In this document: positions 1 to 10,366 of the stretch, one piece after another | Layout of the letters: every line of letters begins with the position of its first letter | How positions within the stretch are numbered: the stretch's first letter is position 1 | NCBI GenBank assembly: GCA_027023405.1 | Contig: JALVVN010000038.1 | Coordinates: 85,333 to 145,332 of the forward strand | DNA: 60,000 nucleotides | From: Campylobacterales bacterium | GTDB taxonomy: Bacteria; Campylobacterota; Campylobacteria; Campylobacterales; QNZT01 | Reading direction: 5' to 3' | Notes under the pieces: model-generated | Told to the model about the DNA's origin: nothing | The model's database searches: none | What the model saw: only the letters and a program-made list of their open reading frames with translations | Program-made: the position numbers and the translations under genes

Positions 1-1194
1 GCTTCAGATATTATCGGGGCGGTGAAAGAGGAGGGTGATCGTGCGGTTGTACGGGACATTGAACGCTTTGATAAGTGGGAGGTGAAGGAACATTTTCGTA
101 TCGACGGTGATGAGATGAAGCAAGCCTATGAAGCGTTGGATGATGCGCTCCGATCGGCACTTCAACTGGCTTATGATCGCATCCGTGCCTATCATGAAAA
201 GCAACTTCCCAAATCGTGGATTGATTTTGAATCCAGCGGTGCAATGTTGGGACAGAAGATCACGCCGGTGGATCGGGCAGGGCTCTACATTCCCGGAGGT
301 AAGGCAGCCTATCCGAGTTCACTCTTGATGAATGCTATTCCTGCGATTGTGGCAGGTGTGGAGGAGATTGTGGTTTGTACCCCCACACCGGAGGGGGAGA
401 TCAATCATCTGCTTCTTGCGGCGATGCATCTGTGTGGTATCAAAGAGGCGTATCGGGTTGGCGGTGCGACGGCAATCGCCATGATGGCACACGGGACTGA
501 GAGTGTCAAAAAGGTGGATGTGATCACGGGACCTGGGAATATCTTTGTCGCAACGGCAAAAAAACTTCTCTTTGGAGAGGTCAATATCGATATGATAGCA
601 GGTCCGAGTGAGATTGGGATTATTGCCGATGATCGTGCAAGAAGTGACTATCTGAGCATCGATATGCTCTCACAGGCGGAACATGATGAGATGGCGAGTT
701 CGCTTTTGATTACCACTTCAGAGCATGTTGCGACTGAGACCTTGGCACAAATTGAATCTGATCTCAAGCGCCTACCAAGAGAGGAAATTGCCAGAGCCTC
801 GATTGAAAATCGAGGAGCGATTATTGTGGTGAAGGATTTGGATGAAGCGGTAGCGTTAATGAATCGTATCGCACCGGAGCACTTGGAGTTGATGATTGCC
901 AACCCCTTTGACCTTCTGCCTAAGATCAAACATGCAGGAGCGATCTTTATGGGTGATTACACGCCTGAGGCGATCGGGGATTATATTGCTGGTCCCAATC
1001 ACACGCTTCCGACAGGTGGAAGTGCCAAATTTTACTCACCGCTTGGGGTTGAAAACTTCTTGAAGCGATCCTCGCTGATTAGTATGAGTGAAACGAGTTT
1101 GGATGAGATTGGCGAAGCGTGTGCGCTTTTGGCGAATGTGGAAGGATTGGATGCCCATCGAAAATCGGTCGAGATTCGTCTCAAAAAGGATTAG
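1..1194 (+). CDS. hisD: Histidinol dehydrogenase (5' end outside the window)
   Basis: Motifs GLYIPGG, VDVITGPGN, IDMIAGPSE, QAEHD, APEHLEL, GDYIAGPNHTLPT. The frame is open from base 1, so the N-terminus is cut off. Confidence 0.97.
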   Translation, partial: ASDIIGAVKEEGDRAVVRDIERFDKWEVKEHFRIDGDEMKQAYEALDDALRSALQLAYDRIRAYHEKQLPKSWIDFESSGAMLGQKITPVDRAGLYIPGGKAAYPSSLLMNAIPAIVAGVEEIVVCTPTPEGEINHLLLAAMHLCGIKEAYRVGGATAIAMMAHGTESVKKVDVITGPGNIFVATAKKLLFGEVNIDMIAGPSEIGIIADDRARSDYLSIDMLSQAEHDEMASSLLITTSEHVATETLAQIESDLKRLPREEIARASIENRGAIIVVKDLDEAVALMNRIAPEHLELMIANPFDLLPKIKHAGAIFMGDYTPEAIGDYIAGPNHTLPTGGSAKFYSPLGVENFLKRSSLISMSETSLDEIGEACALLANVEGLDAHRKSVEIRLKKD

Positions 1195-1196
1195 CC

Positions 1197-2381
1197 ATGC
1201 GAAAAATGTACCCTCTGACCCTTCTCTTTTTTCTCCTGCTCTTAGGTGGAGTCTGGGGGTGTGGAAATAGCAATCACCATACAGCAACATGTGATTTGCA
1301 CTATCGGAAACAGTTTGTGTATGCATTTTTAAAGGATGGTTACTATTGGGCGGATGAAGTACCTAGAGGGATCGATGTGAGTCGTTTTGATGATGAGAGT
1401 GATCTTTTGGAACATCTAAAAAATCCAAAGGATCGCTTCTCCTTTATTATCAAAAAAAATGTGTATGATGATCTGTTTGTCTCCGATACAGCACAGGATT
1501 TTGGCTATATGAACTATCCTTTGGAGGATTCGAATCGTTCAGTCGTTCTCTTTGTTTATCCCAACTCTCCTGCTGATCGTGCAGGTATCAAACGCTCTGA
1601 TTTATTGACACCGATTGCCTATTTGGATCACAATAAAAGTGTGCTATTTGATGTTCTCTCGAATGATGGAAGCCAAAGAGAGGTGACGCTTCGTAGTGGC
1701 TCATATGTCAAAAAAGAGGTGGCAAATGCGAAAATTTTTGATCAGAATGGAACAAAAATCGGTTATTTTGTCCTCAATTCCTTTATTGGACAGCATATCA
1801 ATGATAGCTTGGATCAACTTTTTGGTGAATTTAAACGCAATGGTGTTTCGGAATTAATTGTTGATCTTCGCTATAACGGCGGTGGAAATCTCGATATCGC
1901 CAAACATCTTGCGACACTGATAGGCGGTGAGCATGTCTATGGACATGTCTTTGAGTATTTTCGGTTTAATCAAAAATATAGCAACCAAAATGAGACAAGT
2001 TATTTTGAAAAGCCGTCACAAACCCCCAATGCTTTAAATCTTGATAGAGTCATCTTTATTACGACAAACAATACTGCTTCTGCGAGCGAGTCGGTCATCA
2101 GTACACTGCGCGCGCAGGAGAATCATATAGATGTGGTGACTGTGGGTGATCGCACCTATGGGAAGCCTTACAGTATGTATCCTGTTCCCTATTGTGATTA
2201 TGTTTTTTTTCCTATTATGATGAAAAACTTCAATAGTGATTTTGCAGAAGATTATGATGAAGGATTTACACCCACTTGTAAAGCGCCGGATGATGCGCGT
2301 TATGATTTTGCCGATAGCCGTGAACGATCACTCAATGAATCACTCTACTACCTCTCTCACGGTCACTGTTCATCCAAATGA
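1197..2381 (+). CDS. S41 family C-terminal processing peptidase with PDZ domain, probable lipoprotein
   Basis: ATG 1197 just after the hisD stop; hydrophobic signal ending VWGC; PDZ-like VYPNSPADRAGIKRSD; DLRYNGGG, TASASE (Ser) and TYGK (Lys). Confidence 0.88.
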   Translation: MRKMYPLTLLFFLLLLGGVWGCGNSNHHTATCDLHYRKQFVYAFLKDGYYWADEVPRGIDVSRFDDESDLLEHLKNPKDRFSFIIKKNVYDDLFVSDTAQDFGYMNYPLEDSNRSVVLFVYPNSPADRAGIKRSDLLTPIAYLDHNKSVLFDVLSNDGSQREVTLRSGSYVKKEVANAKIFDQNGTKIGYFVLNSFIGQHINDSLDQLFGEFKRNGVSELIVDLRYNGGGNLDIAKHLATLIGGEHVYGHVFEYFRFNQKYSNQNETSYFEKPSQTPNALNLDRVIFITTNNTASASESVISTLRAQENHIDVVTVGDRTYGKPYSMYPVPYCDYVFFPIMMKNFNSDFAEDYDEGFTPTCKAPDDARYDFADSRERSLNESLYYLSHGHCSSK

Positions 2382-3781
2382 AAAATATACTTGTCATTGC
2401 CAAAGGCAATAGTGCGAAAGCATTTTTAGAGAAGATAAAACAGATTGATCTCTCTAAAAAACGCTTCTATATCCTCTATTATGATGAAGCATTGGGAGAG
2501 GAGTATTTACATGAAAATTTTCTACTTTACAAATTTGATCCCACTTCTAAAGTGAAGTTACATGCATTGTTAGAGACGCACAATTTTCGTCAAGTCTATA
2601 TTATTCTTTCAAATAAAACAGATACACAAGCGACATATGAAAATATTCGTCTTTTTAGTAAAGAGTTGGAGATTGTACTCAATGACAGATGGCAACTTGC
2701 TTTGGAAGATCCGGCATTAACCTGCTTGGAGCCCGATGAAATTCTTGCTAATATGCTGGCGAATCATCTTCCTGATATGCCGTTATATGCCCATAATATC
2801 GGTTTGGGAGAGGGGGAGTTGGTTGAGATTAAAATACCTTTTGGAAGCCCTTTTAGTTATCGTTATGTTACGAATATTGAGCAGAAACGGTGGCGAATCG
2901 TGGCACTTTATCGTCACCATAAATTGATATTGCCAAGCTATAATACAACGCTTGAACCCAATGATTCCATTATTGTTGTGGGAAATCCTAATGTTCTCAA
3001 GAGTGTCTATAAGAGTATCTATAGAGAATTTGGTCAATTTCCTATTCCTTTTGGTGAAAATATCTATCTTCCTATTGATATGGCAGAAATGGAACCGCAG
3101 GCAATCGAGAAGTTATTGAATGATGCGATGCTTTTTCACTCACATCTTAATTCACATCAATTGATCTTTCGGGTTATTAATCCAAGTGTTGGTCCACTGC
3201 TTGATAAGTTGAGATCATATAATAAAGGGAGTATGCAGGTAGAGATCGACTTTTATCATCATCACATAAGTGAAGTGATAAAAGAGGATATTGCACATTT
3301 ACAAGTTGGATTTCTTATTACAGATGAATCATTTTTTATGAACCATATTGAAGCATTACATGCACTACATACCCCTATTCTCAAAGTTGGAAGAGGGAGT
3401 TTTTATCAGATTAAGGAGGCAGCGATTTTAAGTAGTGAGAGTCAAAAGATTGAGAAGATTAGTTCCACTATATTTGACCTCTCATCCCAACTAAAACTTG
3501 GTATTTCTATCTATGCATTTGAGAATGAGGATAGTGAGTTTGACAAAGTGGTTGAACATTTTAAAAATCTTTCGAAGCTTTTTGAAGAGAAGGTAGAGGT
3601 GATCAAAAGTCGTCGAAATCCACTCAGGGAGTTGAGTGACAGAGAAGATTTGTTGCAGTTTATCCCCTTTGATCATCACATTAAACGCAAAAATTTTTTT
3701 ACTTTATTTAGTAGAAATGTCAATAGACTCTATTTTAAACTCTCAAACAACTATCAACTTTTTCTCCCTTCAGATGAATAA
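2378..3781 (+). CDS. COG3400 family protein (TrkA-N/TrkA-C, RCK-like domains)
   Basis: NIGLGEGELVEIKIPFGSPFSYR...WRIVALYR...PNDSIIVVGNP...GQFPIPFG is typical of the Campylobacterota protein upstream of aroB. Confidence 0.8.
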   Translation: MKNILVIAKGNSAKAFLEKIKQIDLSKKRFYILYYDEALGEEYLHENFLLYKFDPTSKVKLHALLETHNFRQVYIILSNKTDTQATYENIRLFSKELEIVLNDRWQLALEDPALTCLEPDEILANMLANHLPDMPLYAHNIGLGEGELVEIKIPFGSPFSYRYVTNIEQKRWRIVALYRHHKLILPSYNTTLEPNDSIIVVGNPNVLKSVYKSIYREFGQFPIPFGENIYLPIDMAEMEPQAIEKLLNDAMLFHSHLNSHQLIFRVINPSVGPLLDKLRSYNKGSMQVEIDFYHHHISEVIKEDIAHLQVGFLITDESFFMNHIEALHALHTPILKVGRGSFYQIKEAAILSSESQKIEKISSTIFDLSSQLKLGISIYAFENEDSEFDKVVEHFKNLSKLFEEKVEVIKSRRNPLRELSDREDLLQFIPFDHHIKRKNFFTLFSRNVNRLYFKLSNNYQLFLPSDE

Positions 3782-3831
3782 AAACTTTTTTGAGTATAAT
3801 CTATCTTAATAAGAAAAAAATAAGGAAAGTC

Positions 3832-4878
3832 ATGAATGTAGAGATTGTGTTTAGCCCTAAGAAGAGTCAAGACTACACGATTTTTATCGATTCAGATTTT
3901 CAGATTAGATTAGATGGACGGGTTGCTATTGTCACTAATCCCAAGGTTGCGGGCTTGCATCTTCAAGCGCTTCTTTCTCATCTTGTAGCTGATGAGATTT
4001 TTATTATTACACTGCCTGACGGGGAAGCATATAAAAATCAACAGAGTATTGATCTCATTCATGAAAACCTTTTTAACCATCGGTTTAATCGAAAATCGAC
4101 GCTCATTGCACTAGGTGGCGGGGTGATCGGTGATATGTGCGGATACGCCGCTGCGACCTATCAGCGGGGGATCGATTTTATCCAAATCCCTACGACTCTA
4201 TTGGCTCAGGTGGATGCAAGTGTCGGGGGGAAAACAGGCATCAACAATCGTTTTGGAAAGAATCTTATCGGTGCTTTTCATCAGCCTAAGGCGGTCTATA
4301 TTCAGACCGCATTTCTCGAAACACTCCCAAGTCGGGAGTTTGCCGCGGGAGTAGCTGAGATCATCAAAATGGCGGTGATGTTTGATCGCGATTTTTTTGA
4401 ATGGTTGCAATGCCACGATTTACATGAGGATGAACATCTTCGTTATGCAATTAAGCGATCAGTGGAGATCAAGGCGGAAGTTGTTGCACAGGATGAGAAA
4501 GAGCAGGGTGTTCGTGCGGTGCTCAACTATGGACACACTTTTGGACATGTGATTGAGAATGAGACGGGCTATTCTCAATATTTACACGGGGAAGCGGTTG
4601 CAATCGGTATGGTGATGGCAAATATGCTTGCGCAAAGTTTAGCAGATATGCGTCAAGAGGAGGCAGATGCAATTTTGAAACTGTTGCAAAGATATGACTT
4701 GCCCACCTCCTATGAGATTGATTCAGTGGAGCAGTTTTATCAAGCTTTTTTTCATGATAAAAAGGCATCAGATCATGCGATTGCTTTCATTTTACCCAAA
4801 GGGATTGGAGCGTATCAAATACGACAGGATATTTCAAAAGATCAGTTGCTAAGTGTGTTGAGAGAGATGGAGGCATAA
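3832..4878 (+). CDS. aroB: 3-dehydroquinate synthase
   Basis: ALGGGVIGD, PTTLLAQVDASVGGKTGIN, LNYGHTFGH, HGEAVAIGM. ATG 3832 follows AAGGA; TATAAT at 3795-3800. Confidence 0.97.
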   Translation: MNVEIVFSPKKSQDYTIFIDSDFQIRLDGRVAIVTNPKVAGLHLQALLSHLVADEIFIITLPDGEAYKNQQSIDLIHENLFNHRFNRKSTLIALGGGVIGDMCGYAAATYQRGIDFIQIPTTLLAQVDASVGGKTGINNRFGKNLIGAFHQPKAVYIQTAFLETLPSREFAAGVAEIIKMAVMFDRDFFEWLQCHDLHEDEHLRYAIKRSVEIKAEVVAQDEKEQGVRAVLNYGHTFGHVIENETGYSQYLHGEAVAIGMVMANMLAQSLADMRQEEADAILKLLQRYDLPTSYEIDSVEQFYQAFFHDKKASDHAIAFILPKGIGAYQIRQDISKDQLLSVLREMEA

Positions 4879-4880
4879 GC

Positions 4881-6575
4881 GTGAGTCTATCTACTGCATT
4901 ATTTCATATGATTTGGGTTTTTGTACTGTTCGCACTGTCACTGCATGCGGATGATGCAAATCGTTCACTCCCGGTCAGTGCACCCATACAAGAACAGAAC
5001 CAAACAAAAAGCGTTGAGACTCTACAGCCTCCTAAAAAAAACCAAAATCTTCAAGAGACTCGGGCTCGAGTCAAAGAACTCAATGCGAAACTTGATCAAG
5101 TCAATGATTATTTGAACAAAGATGTAATGTATGCAAAGTATAACAACCATCAAACCTATCTTCAAGTAGAAAAAGAATTGTTGAAGACAATTCATTTGCT
5201 TCAAAAGGCAAAAATGCGTCGAGTACATGAAGAGATAGCTAAATTGGAACTTGAAAAGCGTGCACTCCAAAATCAAGTAAGTCTACTAGAAGATTTCAAG
5301 GAACCCCCTTTTATTTCATTGACCAAACCGAGTGACTTACCTAAAGCACCGGAAGTCACTTCACCCTTTCAACTTTTTAGTGCTTTTGCCTATATCAAAC
5401 AGTTAAAACTGGCGAAAGAGGAGTATAAAAAGGAGTTGGATAGACTACATACTCTTATCGGAAAATTGGAGGAGAAAGAGACTCTATTACTTGCACTGCA
5501 CAATATTTTTGGTAATAATAGTTATGAAAATATTATCAAGCAGATTAAATTGGAGAAAGAGTCTATCGAATCTGCCTATAATATTGCAAGTGCAACGAAT
5601 CAACTCTACAATAAAAAGGTAGATGATTCGATTCGCAATATGACCGATTTGATTAAGGAGCAGATTAAGAAACTGATCAATATGGGTGTGATTATTCTAC
5701 TCATCTTTTTGCTCTCCTTCCTCTTTAAATTTTTTGCCAAAAAGACCATTACTGACAATCAGCGCTACTATATGGCGCATAAGATTATCAACTTTACCAA
5801 TCTCTTTTTGGTCTCCTTGGTGTTGCTCTTCTACTTTTTGGAGAATGCTACCTATCTGGTGACTGTTTTGGGATTTGCCTCAGCGGGTATCGCGATTGCG
5901 ATGAAAGATCTCTTTATGAGTATGCTGGGGTGGTTTGTCATTGTCTTTGGCGGAAGTTTTCATGTCGGTGATCGAATTAAGGTCTATAAGGGTGGTAAAT
6001 CGTATGTGGGGGATATTGTTGATATCTCCTTTTTGCGCATGACTATTTTAGAGGATATCACGCTTACCACTTATGTGGAAAACCGCCGTTCGGGTAGGGT
6101 TGTCTTTATCCCAAACAACTATGTTTTTACTGAACTGCTTGCCAACTATACACACGGTAAGATTAAGACCGTTTGGGATGGGATCGATATCACGATTACC
6201 TTTGACTCTAACCACAAAAAGGCGGCGCATATCGTCAAAGAGATCGTTAAAAAATACTCCAAAGGATATACCGATATCTCACGCAAGCAACTCAACCTCC
6301 TGCGTAATCAATACAGTCTCAAAAATATCAATGTCGATCCGCGTATTTATACCTTTATTGAAAAGTACGGTGTGGTGATTAGTTGCTGGTATATGACAAA
6401 CTCTTATGCCGCACTGACCCTTCGATCAAATATCTCTGCACTGATTGTTGATGAGTTTAATAAGGAGGAGGATATTAAGATCGCTTACGATACACATGTG
6501 GTCAATATCAAACGAGACTATCCACTTAGAGAGCTACGCCAAGAAGAGGGGGCAGATGAAGAGAGTTTATCTTAA
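4881..6575 (+). CDS. MscS family mechanosensitive ion channel with long N-terminal coiled-coil region
   Basis: Signal peptide, coiled coil, TM helices, then GFASAGIAIAMKD, FHVGDRIKV, VFIPN. Confidence 0.9.
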   Translation: MSLSTALFHMIWVFVLFALSLHADDANRSLPVSAPIQEQNQTKSVETLQPPKKNQNLQETRARVKELNAKLDQVNDYLNKDVMYAKYNNHQTYLQVEKELLKTIHLLQKAKMRRVHEEIAKLELEKRALQNQVSLLEDFKEPPFISLTKPSDLPKAPEVTSPFQLFSAFAYIKQLKLAKEEYKKELDRLHTLIGKLEEKETLLLALHNIFGNNSYENIIKQIKLEKESIESAYNIASATNQLYNKKVDDSIRNMTDLIKEQIKKLINMGVIILLIFLLSFLFKFFAKKTITDNQRYYMAHKIINFTNLFLVSLVLLFYFLENATYLVTVLGFASAGIAIAMKDLFMSMLGWFVIVFGGSFHVGDRIKVYKGGKSYVGDIVDISFLRMTILEDITLTTYVENRRSGRVVFIPNNYVFTELLANYTHGKIKTVWDGIDITITFDSNHKKAAHIVKEIVKKYSKGYTDISRKQLNLLRNQYSLKNINVDPRIYTFIEKYGVVISCWYMTNSYAALTLRSNISALIVDEFNKEEDIKIAYDTHVVNIKRDYPLRELRQEEGADEESLS

Positions 6576-7797
6576 GACATTCGGGTGTCGAACCAATCTT
6601 TACGACTCCTCGTTGATGCTTCAAAATATCAAAGATTTTGAGATTGTTGAGTGTGAAGAGGAGGCGGATATTGTTGTGGTAAACTCCTGCACGGTGACCA
6701 ATGGAGCGGATAGTAGCGTAAGACACTATATACATCAACTCAATCGTCAGGGAAAACAGGTGATATTAGCCGGATGCGGTGCGATGAGTAAAGGAGAAGA
6801 ACTCCTACAAAGCGGGAAAATATTCGGTTATTTCGGTCACTCTGAAAAGAGCAAGATCAACCAACTTCTCAAAGAGGAAAAACCTTTCTCCGCAAGAGGT
6901 GATTTGGAGAGTATCGATACGCAAATTGTTACCGATTTTGCTTCTCACACCAAAGCCTTTGTCAAGATTCAAGAGGGGTGCGATTTTAACTGTGCCTACT
7001 GCATTATCCCATTTGTGCGTGGTCGTGCACGAAGTATGGATGAGGCAATGATCCTGGAGCAGGTGCGTACACTGGCACAAAACGGCTATGGGGAATTTGT
7101 CCTCAGCGGTACCAATCTCGGTAGTTACGGGAAAGATAGCGGTAGTTCGATGGCGAAACTGCTCAAACGACTCTCTGAGATCAAGGGAGTCAAGCGAATA
7201 CGACTCGGATCACTCGAGCCGGTACAGATCGATGCGGAGTTTCAGGAGATTTTGGGTGAGCCTTGGTTGGAGAAGCACCTGCATATTGCACTGCAACATA
7301 CCAGTGATGCGATGCTTCGTATCATGCGACGGCGGAATATCTTGCGGGATGATTTGGCGCTTTTTGAATTGATTAGTGAGAAAGGTTTTTCGCTTGGTAC
7401 CGACTTTATCGTGGGGCATCCGGGAGAGAGTGAATCGATTTGGCATGAGGCGCTGGAGAACTTCAAATCCTTTCCTATTACACATCTACACGCCTTTACT
7501 TACAGCAAACGAGACGGCACACATGCGGCGACGCTACCCGATACTGTAAGAGGGGATATTGCTAAGGAGCGCATGAAAATTTTAGAAGAGATTGTGGCAC
7601 AAAACAATTACCGCTTTCGCCAAAGCCGTACGGAACCGCATCTTGTACTTGTCGAGGAGCGAAAAGGGGAGTATCAGGTCGGGTATGATCAATTTTTCAA
7701 TAAAATGCAGATCCAAAGTGAGCTCAACCTAGAGAAAGAGTGGGTAGTTATTGAGAGATTTGAGGCACGATCGGAGGGGAATTTTGCAACGATCTAG
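6556..7797 (+). CDS. mtaB: tRNA t6A37 methylthiotransferase (radical SAM)
   Basis: TFGCRTNLYDS, VNSCTVT, KIQEGCDFNCAYC, RIRLGSLEP. Start placed at ATG 6556. Confidence 0.93.
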   Translation: MKRVYLKTFGCRTNLYDSSLMLQNIKDFEIVECEEEADIVVVNSCTVTNGADSSVRHYIHQLNRQGKQVILAGCGAMSKGEELLQSGKIFGYFGHSEKSKINQLLKEEKPFSARGDLESIDTQIVTDFASHTKAFVKIQEGCDFNCAYCIIPFVRGRARSMDEAMILEQVRTLAQNGYGEFVLSGTNLGSYGKDSGSSMAKLLKRLSEIKGVKRIRLGSLEPVQIDAEFQEILGEPWLEKHLHIALQHTSDAMLRIMRRRNILRDDLALFELISEKGFSLGTDFIVGHPGESESIWHEALENFKSFPITHLHAFTYSKRDGTHAATLPDTVRGDIAKERMKILEEIVAQNNYRFRQSRTEPHLVLVEERKGEYQVGYDQFFNKMQIQSELNLEKEWVVIERFEARSEGNFATI

Positions 7798-9283
7798 CCA
7801 TTCACGCTGGTGGAGTGGGATTGGTGTCGTAATCTTGGTAACGATCGCGACACTCATTTACTTGCCCAAATTGGAAGTAGAGAGATACCTTGAACAGATT
7901 CCTACTTCTCTTACGGTTGGTATGCTGACCCTGTTCTTTGGGCTCTTTTTTTACCTCTTTTTTCTCTCTCCCTCAACATCGGATCGAGAGAGCGTCTATG
8001 CGAAGGATCGCATCGATAATGATTCAATGCAGATGGAGCGCATTGCTCCTGTGACTCCCTCAGTGACTTTTGATGATCTAGCCGGAATTGATGAGATCAA
8101 ATCGGATCTTTATGAGATGGTCGATTTTTTAAATCATCCTCAAAAATATCGAAAGTTTGGTATTACACTCCCCAAAGGGGTACTCTTGATCGGACCTCCG
8201 GGTGTGGGAAAGACACAGATAGCCAAAGCGATTGCAGGAGAATCAAAACTTCCTCTCTTTTATCAAAGCGGTGCGGCATTTGTGCAGATCTATGTCGGAA
8301 TGGGAGCCAAGCGGGTGAGAGAGCTGTTTGCCGAGGCGAAAAAGGTAGCACCGGCGATTATCTTTATCGATGAGATCGATGCAGTCGGTAAACAGCGTGT
8401 GCATACGAGTCACAATGATGAGCGAGAGGCGACCCTCAATCAACTCTTGATTGAGATGGACGGTTATGATGCGGATAGTTCCATTTTGGTCATCGGCGCG
8501 ACCAATCATTATGAAGGATTGGATGATGCGCTTTTGAGGGCAGGGCGCTTTGATCGGCGGGTCTTTGTGCCACTACCAAATCCCGCAGATAGAGAAGCTA
8601 TTTTGGCGCTACTTTTAAAAGAGAAATCGCATCAACTTGATCTGTCAAAACTGGCAAAGTGGAGTGTCGGATTTTCGGGTGCGATGCTACGCACTTGGGT
8701 GAATGAAGCGGCACTACATGCTCTAAAGAGAGAGGCAAAGGCGATCGATGAGAGTGATTTTTCCGCTGTGAGGGAGAGGGTTGTCGATGGAAAATGGCAT
8801 GCACCGAGCTTGGATGAGATGCAGAAAGAGGTATTAGCTCTCTATCAATCAGCCAAAGTAGTAACAGCTGTCAATGAGAAAATATCATTTGATAAAATTT
8901 CTCTTTTGAGTGAGAATTTTGATTTGACTGAACAGGAGATTGAGAGTAGGGGAGTGCTCTTTTCAAAATTGAAACTCTATTTGAGTGGGCTCTGTGCTTT
9001 GGAGCAGTGGTACCGCGAGAGTTATAGTTTTGTCAAGCATGATCTTGCGGTAGCCAAAAAACTTGCTCAGAGGATGAGTCACGACTATGCGATGTGTGAA
9101 GAGAGTCCGTGGGATGCTTCAGGGACACAGATGCTCTTAGATGAAGCCAAAGCGTCTGCTTTGGAGTTTGTAAAGCAGGAGAAGGGATTAATTCAGGTAG
9201 TGGCAACAGCACTATTTGAAGAGGAGTCACTCTCTTATGATCGTGTGGTTCAAATTATCGCTGAAGAGAAGAGAAAAGATTGA
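7751..9283 (+). CDS. FtsH-like membrane AAA+ ATPase lacking the HEXXH protease motif
   Basis: Two TM helices; Walker A GPPGVGKT, Walker B IIFIDEID, SRH LLRAGRFDRR; ALYQSAK where FtsH has AYHEAGH. Exact start uncertain. Confidence 0.87.
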   Translation: MRDLRHDRRGILQRSSHSRWWSGIGVVILVTIATLIYLPKLEVERYLEQIPTSLTVGMLTLFFGLFFYLFFLSPSTSDRESVYAKDRIDNDSMQMERIAPVTPSVTFDDLAGIDEIKSDLYEMVDFLNHPQKYRKFGITLPKGVLLIGPPGVGKTQIAKAIAGESKLPLFYQSGAAFVQIYVGMGAKRVRELFAEAKKVAPAIIFIDEIDAVGKQRVHTSHNDEREATLNQLLIEMDGYDADSSILVIGATNHYEGLDDALLRAGRFDRRVFVPLPNPADREAILALLLKEKSHQLDLSKLAKWSVGFSGAMLRTWVNEAALHALKREAKAIDESDFSAVRERVVDGKWHAPSLDEMQKEVLALYQSAKVVTAVNEKISFDKISLLSENFDLTEQEIESRGVLFSKLKLYLSGLCALEQWYRESYSFVKHDLAVAKKLAQRMSHDYAMCEESPWDASGTQMLLDEAKASALEFVKQEKGLIQVVATALFEEESLSYDRVVQIIAEEKRKD

Positions 9284-9795
9284 AGTACTTTAGCGGTTTT
9301 ATGCTTCAAAATGAGTCATCGCTCTTTGAGGAGATTTGTACGCAATGTGGGGAGTATAGTATGGTCGGTTTTAGTCGCGGTGCGATAGATGCGATTGAGT
9401 ATCTGCAAGGATGTGATGATCGTGTGGATGTGCTTGTGTTGATCTCACCCGCTTTTTTTGAGGATCGAGATGAGGCATTTAAACAATCACAGCTTGAAGT
9501 CTTTGCCAAAGATAAAAATGCTTATGCCAAAGCTTTTTATCGAAATATCGCCTCTCCATCACGCCTAGATCTCAGTGCCTACAAAAAAGATGAAGGAATT
9601 GAAGCATTAATGCGACTGCTCTATTATCGTTATGATAGTACACAACTACAAAAGATACGCGATAGCGGTACCCATATAGAGGTTCATTTAGGTGGTCGTG
9701 ATCGTATTATTCATAGCGATGTTGCGGGAAAATATTTTGAACAATTCGCAACAGTTTATTACTACAAAGAAAGGGGACATTTACTCAATGGATAG
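9280..9795 (+). CDS. bioV: Pimeloyl-ACP methyl ester esterase BioV-type alpha/beta hydrolase
   Basis: YFSGF start, GFSRG nucleophile elbow, LISPAFF, GGRDRII, terminal GHLL; position between the ftsH-like gene and mog. Confidence 0.8.
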   Translation: MKYFSGFMLQNESSLFEEICTQCGEYSMVGFSRGAIDAIEYLQGCDDRVDVLVLISPAFFEDRDEAFKQSQLEVFAKDKNAYAKAFYRNIASPSRLDLSAYKKDEGIEALMRLLYYRYDSTQLQKIRDSGTHIEVHLGGRDRIIHSDVAGKYFEQFATVYYYKERGHLLNG

Positions 9796-10318
9796 ATTAA
9801 AGTTAGGTATCATTACCGCGTCAGATCGTGCAAGTAGCGGGGTCTATGAAGATATATCGGGTAGGGCGATCATGGAGACTCTCAAGGAGTATCTGAAAAA
9901 TGATATAGAGGAACTTTATCGCTGTATTCCTGATGAGCAAGCGATGATTGAGCAAACGATGATAGAGTTGGAGGAGGCGGGGTGTAGTCTCATCGTCACG
10001 ACCGGTGGTACGGGACCGGCTCCTAGAGATGTGACTCCCGAAGCGACCGAAAATGTGTGTCAGAAGATGTTACCCGGATTTGGGGAGCTGATGCGAAGTG
10101 TCAGTCTCCAATATGTACCCACTGCGATCCTCTCGAGGCAGAGTGCCGGTATCCGAAATAGGGCGCTTATTATTAATCTCCCCGGTAAACCAAAATCGAT
10201 ACGAGAGTGTCTCGATGCCGTTTTTCCGGCAGTACCCTACTGTATCGATCTCATCGGTGGAGCCTATTTAGAGTGCGATGAAAGCGTAATGAAAGCTTTT
10301 CGACCCAAAAGTAAATAG
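9788..10318 (+). CDS. mog: Molybdopterin adenylyltransferase
   Basis: SDRASSGVYEDISG, TTGGTGPAPRDVTPEAT, NLPGKPKSIRECL. Start at ATG 9788. Confidence 0.95.
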   Translation: MDRLKLGIITASDRASSGVYEDISGRAIMETLKEYLKNDIEELYRCIPDEQAMIEQTMIELEEAGCSLIVTTGGTGPAPRDVTPEATENVCQKMLPGFGELMRSVSLQYVPTAILSRQSAGIRNRALIINLPGKPKSIRECLDAVFPAVPYCIDLIGGAYLECDESVMKAFRPKSK

Positions 10319-10366
10319 AAATTGTATTATAATAGAGATCAAATTTCATAATAAAGGAGAAAAAGA

